From an uncultured Actinomycetota bacterium (GTDB lineage: Bacteria > Actinomycetota > Actinomycetes > Mycobacteriales > Micromonosporaceae): 64,000 nt of DNA. Every line of letters starts with the position of its first letter. Position 1 is the first letter of the stretch. A model generated the notes under the pieces. It had not been told where the DNA came from. It did not search any database and was given only the letters and a program-made list of their open reading frames with translations. Shown here one piece after another: positions 57,163 through 64,000 of the stretch. Both the position numbers and the translations under genes were made by a program. Location of the stretch: positions 73,008 through 137,007 of the forward strand of contig CAWFSH010000012.1 of NCBI GenBank assembly GCA_963818495.1, in the 5' to 3' direction.

Positions 57163-58732
57163 CTAACCGCCGACCTGCTGCGCGCGCAGCCGCGAGTAGA
57201 CGCGGTCGAGAACATCGATCTGCGCCTCCCAGGTCCACGCGTCGAGCACGCCCGGCGCGTCGTATGCCGCCGGTAGCGCTTCGGATCGGCGAGGACGGCC
57301 CGCACGGCCCGCACGAATCCATCGATATCGCCCGCCGCGAACACCTCGCCCTGCCCGGTCGCCAGCACCGTCTCGGCCATTGTCCGGACATCGCTCACGA
57401 CGATCGGAATCCGCGCGTGCGAGTACTCAAAGAACTTCGTGATCAGCGCGATCTCATGATTCGGCTGGTGGTGGATCGGAATGAGGCCGACGTCGGCCGG
57501 CGACAGGAACGCGGAGACCTGCCAATGGGGAACGTACGGCAACAGATGCGACTCGGTCGCCGACACCGGACGCCGCGGCGCGCGTCGACAATTCCTCCGA
57601 GCGGCATTGCGGCCACTGGGGTGGAGCGTGACGAATGCGACGTGGACTCCGTCGAGTCGTGGCAACGCATCGACGACGGTGTCGAGACCGCGCCGCGGAT
57701 TCACCCCACCACAGTAGACGAGCAGCGGAGTTTCGTCGTCGATGCCGCAGATGTCGCGGATGTTCGGCACCGGCGGCGTCGTCGTCCGGGAACCCCGGCG
57801 GGGCGTTGAGAACCACCATGGGCAGCTCCGGCAGATCGTGTGCGACGCGCAACAGTTCGGCGAGGGCCGGCGACACCGTAACGACGGCGTCGGCCTGCGG
57901 GGCGAACTCGTTCACGTACTCGATCTGGGCCGGAAGCCAGCGAGGATTCGTGGCTCGCCCCAGCACTCCGGCGACCGATTCGTGTGCGTCCCAGACGAGC
58001 CTGACATCGCGACCGCCGGCACGAGCGCGACGGGCCGCGCGGACGCCCACGCCGAGCATGCGGAAGTCGTTGGCGTGGATGATGTCCGGCTTTCAGCTGG
58101 TCGACGACTTTGCCCATCGCGAGCTCGTAGTCCCATAGTCCCGGATCCAGCCGCCGCCAACTGCGGGCCCCATCACACCGCGCCAGAACGCGATCGCGGC
58201 CCGGTTGATCGGCGACGTCGGACTGGCCTGCGCGGCCCGCAAGTGATTCAACTCGCGGGAGCGCAGCGACGTCCACAGCCCGCCCGCCTTGACTCGCACC
58301 CGGGTGAGATTGACAAGCCGGCTTGGACGGTGCGCGGCAGGCCCGGCGTCATCACGGCGACCTTGGCGCGGCGCGCCGTGAGATCGGCGCGACGTGCCTT
58401 GATGACCTGACGGCGATACTTCGGCGCCGGGCCCGGCGGATATGCCAGCGGCCGTCGCAACGAGCGCCGGAAGTGCGCCGCCGGCGCCGTCAGCACCAGC
58501 GGCGTCGGCACAAGGCGCACCTCGGCTTGGCCGATCCGCCAGCTGTCGGCACCAGCGGCACCCTTGATGCCGACGAGGACGACGTCCCAGCCGACGCGGC
58601 GGCCGAGCGTGCCGTCTTCTGCACCCGGGAGTCACCCTCCACGCCGTTGTCGACAAGCATGACCACGCGGCCGCGGGTGGCGGCTGCGGACCCACCTCCG
58701 GACCCGATTCCGGTCTTGGCGTCATCGCCCAT
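57163..58732 (-). CDS. GT4-like glycosyltransferase, paralogue of 54136..55844; at least 5 frameshifts
   Basis: ATG at 58732. MGDDAKTGIGSGGGSAAATRGRVVMLVDNGVEGDSRVQKTARSAAA...WRRLDPGLWDYELAMGKVVDQLK...NIRDICGIDDETPLLVY...GLIPIHHQPNHEIALITKFFEYSHARIPIVVSDVRTMAETVLATGQGEVFAAGDIDGFVRAVRAVLADPKRY...WTWEAQIDVLDRVYSRL, TAG at 57163. Confidence 0.8.
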
Positions 58733-58811
58733 GGCGGTTGCCCTCTCAGAGCAATGGCGGCCGCGACCTGCTGCCCCGCAGGTGCCGGCACCAGACGGAT
58801 GGTTGGCTCGG

Positions 58812-59819
58812 TCAGCCGGTCGGCGCGACACCGACGGTTGTGCCGGTACGTGCCGACTCGAGCACGGCGGCGGACACCTCCACCGTACGAAGGCCCTGCC
58901 GCAGGGTCACGATGTCGCTGTCCTTGCCCTCGACCGCGTCGCGGAATCGCTCGTGCTCCACGAGCAGCGGCTCCCGCTTCGGGATGGCGAAGCGGATCAT
59001 GTCGCCTTCGGCCACGCCCCGGAACGACCGCAGCGCCTCCCACTCGGTGTTGATCGCGCCGTTGGCGTAGAACGTCAGGTCGGCCGTCAGCGTGTCGGCG
59101 ACAAAGCAACCCCGGTCGCCGGTGACGACGGTCGAGCGCTCCTTGAGCGGGCTCAACCAGTTCACCAGGTGACTGACCATCGAGCCGTCCTGGAGCTGCC
59201 CGACGGCGGCGACCATGTCCTCGTGCGGCCGGCCGCTGCGCGACACCGTACGGGCCGAGATCGAGGTGTACGCCTGGCCGGTGACCCAGGCGGTGAGGTC
59301 GATGTCGTGCGTGGCGAGGTCCATCACCACGCCGACGTCGGCGATCCGGTGCGGGAACGGGCCTTGGCGCCGCGTCACCACCTGGTAGACATCGCCGAGC
59401 TCGCCCGACTCAAGACGCGTACGCAGACTCTGCAGAGCCGGGTTGTAGCGCTCGATGTGCCCGACGCCGGCGACGAGTCCGGCCGATTCGAACGCGTCGA
59501 CCAGGCGACGGGACGCCGCGACCGACGGCGCGAGCGGCTTCTCGATGAGCGCCGGCACACCGGCCTCGGCCAGTTGGAGCCCGACCTCCTCGTGCAGGCC
59601 GGTGGGGCAGCACACGACGGCGTAGTCGAGACCGATGCCGATCAGATCGGCGACGGTCGCGAAGACCGGGATGCCACGCAGCACGTTGTTGCCATCGCCG
59701 TTCGGCTCGGCCACCCCGACCAGTTCGACACCGTCGATGATCTGAAGCACGCGGGCGTGGTTACGGCCCATCGCACCGAGACCGATGAGTCCGGCGCGCA
59801 ACTTCGGCGTACCCGTCAT
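58812..59819 (-). CDS. Gfo/Idh/MocA family oxidoreductase (WbpB-like UDP-GlcNAcA 3-dehydrogenase candidate)
   Basis: Intact. ATG at 59819. LRAGLIGLGAMGRNHARVL...VVCCPTGLHEEVGLQLAEAGVPALIEKPL...GVGHIERYNPA...DLATHDIDL. Confidence 0.82.
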   Translation of the reverse strand: MTGTPKLRAGLIGLGAMGRNHARVLQIIDGVELVGVAEPNGDGNNVLRGIPVFATVADLIGIGLDYAVVCCPTGLHEEVGLQLAEAGVPALIEKPLAPSVAASRRLVDAFESAGLVAGVGHIERYNPALQSLRTRLESGELGDVYQVVTRRQGPFPHRIADVGVVMDLATHDIDLTAWVTGQAYTSISARTVSRSGRPHEDMVAAVGQLQDGSMVSHLVNWLSPLKERSTVVTGDRGCFVADTLTADLTFYANGAINTEWEALRSFRGVAEGDMIRFAIPKREPLLVEHERFRDAVEGKDSDIVTLRQGLRTVEVSAAVLESARTGTTVGVAPTG

Positions 59820-60928
59820 CAGGCTGCCCCACCCGCCGCGTTGGCCGCGTCCGCGATGCGCTCGAGCTGCTCCGGCGTAAGCGACGGGAAGATCGGCAGC
59901 GAGATGACCTCGGCCGCGGCGCGCTCGGTTTCGGGCAGGTCCCACGGGCCGGGCTTGCCATCCGGGCCGAGGAACGGCCGGAGGCGGTGGATCGGCGTCG
60001 GATAGTAGACGGCGTTGCCGACGCCGTGCTCCGCCAGCACCCTCTGGGCGGCGTCGCGATCACCCCGGACACGCACCGTGTACTGGTGATAGACGTGGCG
60101 CGCACCATCGGCAACCGGCGGGGTGACCATCTCAGTGATCCGCGAATCGAGGAACTTGGCGTTCGCCTGTCGCTGCTCGGTCCACTCGGGCAGCTGGCCG
60201 AGCTGGACGCGACCGATGGCGGCCGCGACGTCGGTCAGCCGCATGTTCGCGCCGACGATTTCGTTGGCGTACCGCTGCTCCATGCCCTGGTTGCGCAGGA
60301 GCCGAAGGGTCCGCGCCACCTGAGCGTCGTTGGTGGTGATCATGCCGCCCTCGAGCGAATGCATGTTCTTGGTCGGGTAGAAGCTGAAGCAGCCCGCGAT
60401 GCCGAATGCTCCCGCCGGCGTGCCGCCGAGGGCGGCGCCGTGGGCCTGTGCCGCGTCTTCGACCACCGCCAGGCCGTGCCGTTGCGCGATCGGCATGATC
60501 CGATCCATCGCCGCCGGATGGCCGTAAAGGTGGACCGGCATGATCGCGACGGTGCGCGGCGTGATCGCCGCCGCGACGGCGTCCGGGTTCACGCAGAACG
60601 TGTCGGCGTCAATGTCGACGAACACCGGCTCGGCGCCGACCAGGCGCACGACGTTGGCGGTGGCCGCGAACGAGAAGGACGGCACGATGACCTCGTCGCC
60701 GGGCTTCACACCGAGCGCCATGAGTGTGAGCTGCAACGCCGACGTGCCGGAGTTGACCGCGACGCAATGCCGGCCGTCGACCAGCGCCGAGAATTCCTGC
60801 TCGAACGCGGCGACCTCCGGGCCTTGGACGACCATCCCGCTGCGCAACACGCGGACAGCGGCCTCGATCTCGGCCTCGCCGATCACCGGCTTGGCCGGCG
60901 GAATCGGGTCGAGCCTCGTGTCCTGCAT
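59819..60928 (-). CDS. DegT/DnrJ/EryC1/StrS family PLP aminotransferase (WbpE-like)
   Basis: Intact 369 aa: PVIGEAEIEAAVRVLRSGMVVQGPEVAAFEQEFSALVDGRHCVAVNSGTSALQLTL...VEDAAQAHGA...CFSFYPTKNM...GMITTND...HVYHQYTVR...LPIFPSLT. Confidence 0.9.
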   Translation of the reverse strand: MQDTRLDPIPPAKPVIGEAEIEAAVRVLRSGMVVQGPEVAAFEQEFSALVDGRHCVAVNSGTSALQLTLMALGVKPGDEVIVPSFSFAATANVVRLVGAEPVFVDIDADTFCVNPDAVAAAITPRTVAIMPVHLYGHPAAMDRIMPIAQRHGLAVVEDAAQAHGAALGGTPAGAFGIAGCFSFYPTKNMHSLEGGMITTNDAQVARTLRLLRNQGMEQRYANEIVGANMRLTDVAAAIGRVQLGQLPEWTEQRQANAKFLDSRITEMVTPPVADGARHVYHQYTVRVRGDRDAAQRVLAEHGVGNAVYYPTPIHRLRPFLGPDGKPGPWDLPETERAAAEVISLPIFPSLTPEQLERIADAANAAGGAA

Positions 60929-60999
60929 GTGTGAACTCCTGTCACGTCTGGAAAATCCGAGGCGATGCTAGCGCCTCCGGCTAGCCCCGCCCGCACGGG

Positions 61000-61684
61000 T
61001 CAAACAGTGGGAACTTCGGTCACTGCGTGCGCTTGGTGCGGCGCTACCTGGACGCCGGGCGCCGTCTCGCACAATGCCCCCAGCGCCGCGGTGGATGCCG
61101 CGGCCATGCGGCTCACATCAATACCCGACAAAGGTGTACGGGAGATGGCCAACCGCCAGTAGAGCGGACCGACGATCAGGTCGACGACGAGATCCGGGTC
61201 GACCGTCCCGCTCAATTCGCCCCGCGATCCGAGCGTGCGAAACCAGCTGTTCACCGATGCTGCGCTGGTGGGCCCGCAGCACCTTTTCCAGCGACTCGGC
61301 GATCTCCGGCGTGCGGGCCGCCTCGGCCAGCAGGTCGGGGATGATCTGCGAAGCGAGCCGGTGGCGCAGCGCACGAGCGACGATCTTGAGGATGACCTCC
61401 AGATCACCGCGCAGGCTTCCGGTATCGACAAGTGGCAGAGTCGCATCCGCGACGGAACTCACAACGTCCAGCACCATCTGGAGCTTGGAGCTCCACCTAC
61501 GGTAGACAGCGGTCTTGGCCACCCCCGCTCGCCGGGCAACCGCCTCGATGGACAGGCGCCCGTAGCCGACCTCGGCCAGCTCGTGCACCAGTGCCTCGCG
61601 GATCGCCTCGGTGATGTCGCCACGCAGGACCGCCGCGCCGGCCGGCATGCGCCTGGCGTCGGTGGGCCTCGTGTCGGTTGTCAC
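61000..61684 (-). CDS. TetR family transcriptional regulator (one frameshift near 61240); alternative start 61648
   Basis: ITEAIREALVHELAEVGYGRLSIEAVARRAGVAKTAVYRRWSSKLQMVLDVV. The C-part is in ORF 61000..61446 (DPDLVVDLIVGPLYWRLAI). Confidence 0.85.
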
Positions 61685-61735
61685 AGAGGCAACGTAGCAC
61701 AACGACGATCCGGTTGCGTAGCGACGTGTGCGGGA

Positions 61736-61749
61736 CTACAGTGCTGTAG
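61736..61749. promoter_or_regulatory. candidate TetR operator (CTACAGTGCTGTAG)
   Basis: Perfect 14-nt palindrome in the TetR / ABC-permease divergent intergenic region, flanked by repeated GTAGCGACG. Confidence 0.35.
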
Positions 61750-61812
61750 CGACGATACGGTGGCGTTTCATTGTTCGCTGAATGTTGGTTGGCCGGTGAA
61801 CATTTTGCCGGA

Positions 61813-62799
61813 GTGGCCGCACCGGCGTTGGGGCCGCCACAAGCGCCGCGTCGTGGGAATTGTCTTGGGGATGGGAGCGCCGAGTTGGTCAGCACAGCCA
61901 CCGCCGGGCCAGATGCGGGGCTCACCGGAGCGGAACTCGCCGCCCGGCATGGGCTCGGCATCGCCGGCGCCCGGCCGAACATCGCGAATTACACGCGCCA
62001 ATTGTGGTCCTACCGGAACTTCATCGCGACGTACGCGTCGTCGATCATCTCGGCCTCGTTCAGCAAGTCGAAGCTCGGCCGGCTCTGGCAGGTCCTGACC
62101 CCGCTGTCCAACGCGGCGGTCTACTACCTCATCTTCGGCGTGATCATTGGTACGAAGCGGGGCGTCCCGAACTTCATCACGTACCTGTGTATCGGCGTGT
62201 TCACGTTCCTGTTTACGTCGTCGTCGGCGGTGCAGGGCGTCCAGTCGATCACCAAGAACCTCGCGATGATCCGGGCGCTGCACTTCCCGCGGGCGACCAT
62301 GTCGATCGCGACCACCTGGACGCAGCTGCAGAATTTCCTCGCCTCGCTGATCGTCCTCGTCGCAATCGCGCTGGCCACCGGCGAGCCGATCTCGCGCACC
62401 TGGATCTACATCCCGCCGTGCATCGCGCTGCAACTGATGTTCAACACCGGGCTCGGCTTCGTCTGCGCTCGCATCGGGGCAAAGCTGCCCGACCTGAAGC
62501 AACTCCTGCCGTTCATCACCCGTACCTGGATGTATCTGTCCGGCGTGCTCTACAGTGCATCGACGTTCGACAAGAACCTGCCCGGACCGCTGGCCGCGAT
62601 CGCCAAGGCGAACCCGGCGGTCGTCTACATCGACATCATGCGGCACGCCCTGCTCCGCCGGGATGCGCACGCCAAGGCGTACGCCTGGGTGTGGCCGCCG
62701 ATGGTCACGTGGGCCATCGCGATAGCCTGGGCCATCGGGATGCTCGCCGTGGGATACATCTACTTCTGGCGCGGCGAGGAGGAGTACGGCCGTGGCTGA
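61813..62799 (+). CDS. ABC-2 type polysaccharide/teichoic-acid export permease (Wzm/TagG-like); start uncertain (TTG 61771, GTG 61813, TTG 61885)
   Basis: YRNFIATYASSIISASFSKSKLGRLWQVLTPLSNAAVYYLIFGVII...IRALHFPRATMSIA...ANPAVVYIDIMRHAL; 6-TM profile. Confidence 0.88.
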   Translation: MAAPALGPPQAPRRGNCLGDGSAELVSTATAGPDAGLTGAELAARHGLGIAGARPNIANYTRQLWSYRNFIATYASSIISASFSKSKLGRLWQVLTPLSNAAVYYLIFGVIIGTKRGVPNFITYLCIGVFTFLFTSSSAVQGVQSITKNLAMIRALHFPRATMSIATTWTQLQNFLASLIVLVAIALATGEPISRTWIYIPPCIALQLMFNTGLGFVCARIGAKLPDLKQLLPFITRTWMYLSGVLYSASTFDKNLPGPLAAIAKANPAVVYIDIMRHALLRRDAHAKAYAWVWPPMVTWAIAIAWAIGMLAVGYIYFWRGEEEYGRG

Positions 62800-63688
62800 G
62801 CTCATGTGGCAATCGGACCTAATGCAGCACACTGATCTCGTGCAGGATCACGCCGACGTGGCATCACCGGGGCCAGAGGTGGACCGGGAGACGGCCGAGC
62901 CGCGCAAACCGCGCCGTGAACTCGGCGCGCCGACGGTGATCGTCGACAACGTGCACATCACGTACAAGATCACCGGCGCCGGCAAGACCATGAACAACAC
63001 GCCGGCGATGGCGCTCAAACGGATCATGGCGCGGCAGAAGGTCAACCCCACGATCCGCCAGGTCAAGGCGGTCAAGGGCGTGAGCTTCACGGCGTACCAG
63101 GGCGAAGCGATCGGCCTGATCGGAAGCAACGGCTCCGGCAAGTCGACGATCCTGCGCTCCATCGCCGGCCTGCTGCCGATCGACTCTGGGTCGATCTTCA
63201 CCATGGGCCAGCCGTCGTTGCTGGGTGCGAACGCGGCCTTGCTGCCGGACCTGTCCGGCGAGCAGAACGTCATCCTCGGCCTGCTCGCCATGGGCATGAC
63301 CCGACCGCAGGCCGAGGAGTTGATGCCCGGCATCATCGAGTTCTCTGGCATCAACGAGCATGGTGAAAACTTCGGCGAGCTGCCGATGAGTACCTACTCT
63401 TCCGGCATGTCGGCGCGCCTGCGTTTCTCCATCGCCGCCGCGAAGATGCACGACGTACTGCTGGTCGACGAGGCCCTGGCCACTGGCGACGCGCGCTTCC
63501 GGCGGCGTAGCGAGGAACGGGTCCGGGAGCTGCTCGCCGGCGCTGGCACGATCTTCCTCGTGAGCCACGCCGTCGGCACGATTCAAGAGGTGTGCGAACG
63601 ATCGATCTGGCTCGAGCGCGGACTGATCCGGATGGACGGGCCGACAGACGAAGTCGTGGCGGCGTACGAAGAGTTCATGGCTCGTTAA
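62792..63688 (+). CDS. ABC transporter ATP-binding protein (Wzt/TagH-like)
   Basis: Intact 298 aa, overlapping the permease by 8 nt. GEAIGLIGSNGSGKSTILRSIAGLL (Walker A), YSSGMSARLRFS (signature), VLLVDEALATGD (Walker B). Confidence 0.92.
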   Translation: MAELMWQSDLMQHTDLVQDHADVASPGPEVDRETAEPRKPRRELGAPTVIVDNVHITYKITGAGKTMNNTPAMALKRIMARQKVNPTIRQVKAVKGVSFTAYQGEAIGLIGSNGSGKSTILRSIAGLLPIDSGSIFTMGQPSLLGANAALLPDLSGEQNVILGLLAMGMTRPQAEELMPGIIEFSGINEHGENFGELPMSTYSSGMSARLRFSIAAAKMHDVLLVDEALATGDARFRRRSEERVRELLAGAGTIFLVSHAVGTIQEVCERSIWLERGLIRMDGPTDEVVAAYEEFMAR

Positions 63689-63703
63689 CCCGCAACATCT
63701 CGG

Positions 63704-63742
63704 CCGACCGCGCGTTTCCAGATCGTGGACTCGTGCGGTCGG
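63704..63742 (+). terminator. hairpin after ABC operon
   Basis: CCGACCGCGCG - 17 nt - CGTGCGGTCGG (11 bp including one G-U), followed by TGGTTTCG. Confidence 0.45.
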
Positions 63743-63961
63743 TGGTTTCGACGGCCATTCGGCCTGCTCGGACGGCTGCCGTACGGCCGCGGCCACCGAC
63801 CCCGGCATCGACGTCGCGTTACCGTGGCGTTACGGAGTTCCGGAAAGCACCATCGGGCCGCCTCCGGCCGTTCGCCTTTCGGTCGAGCCCGCGACACCCA
63901 CGCTGTCTTGGATTGCCTTTACCCAGCTCATTCGACGTGCTGGCCACCCGGAGGCATCCTC

Positions 63962-64000
63962 ATGCGAGCTGCGACCCCGAGCCGCACGCCCGACGCGATC
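63962..64000 (+). CDS. start of an unidentified CDS running out of the window
   Basis: ATG at 63962 (MRAATPSRTPDAI...) with GGAGG 9 nt upstream. Too short to identify. Confidence 0.2.
   Translation, partial: MRAATPSRTPDAI

Overview
High-GC actinobacterial chromosome segment; the order or genus cannot be fixed from sequence alone. No rRNA, tRNA, CRISPR array, transposase or phage genes were seen. It has three parts.

(1) 1-20.4 kb is the conserved minus-strand housekeeping block dapB, M16 peptidase, pnp, rpsO, ribF, truB, MATE, rbfA, DUF503, infB, ylxR, nusA, rimP. It is interrupted by a DUF559 gene between truB and ribF, by a two-gene insert (UPF0020-type methyltransferase plus hypothetical) between infB and DUF503, and by a repeat-rich non-coding stretch where nrnA usually sits.

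(2) 20.5-43.7 kb is a mixed accessory stretch. It holds a ferritin-like DUF4439 pair, an MBL hydrolase, VIT1, map, a GNAT, a DUF222/HNH element abutting a truncated VOC gene, and ArsR-CDF. It also holds a TMEM97/EXPERA-like membrane protein, an HTH-Mug operon, MFS transporters, an RNHCP protein behind a long leader, an MfpA-like pentapeptide protein, an F420 oxidoreductase, a MocR module, PAP2 and MarR.

(3) 43.8-63.7 kb is a cell-wall or surface glycopolymer cluster in three operons. It has two nucleotide-sugar dehydrogenases, WecB/WbpI-, WbpB- and WbpE-like enzymes, six glycosyltransferases including mirrored paralogue pairs, and a TetR gene next to a Wzm/Wzt-type ABC exporter.

Caveat: many long genes, including essential ones (pnp, infB, nusA), are broken by single-base frame changes. 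These cluster in patches separated by long error-free stretches, which I read as assembly or consensus indels rather than biology. Gene boundaries inside those patches are approximate.

Most notable non-genic signals:
- a four-copy ~60-bp palindromic repeat family
- a seven-unit 17-nt tandem array carrying GCTAGC
- a 9-mer array in the ArsR/methyltransferase promoter region
- a ~350-nt possibly structured leader before the RNHCP gene
- in-frame tandem repeats inside truB and several glycosyltransferases
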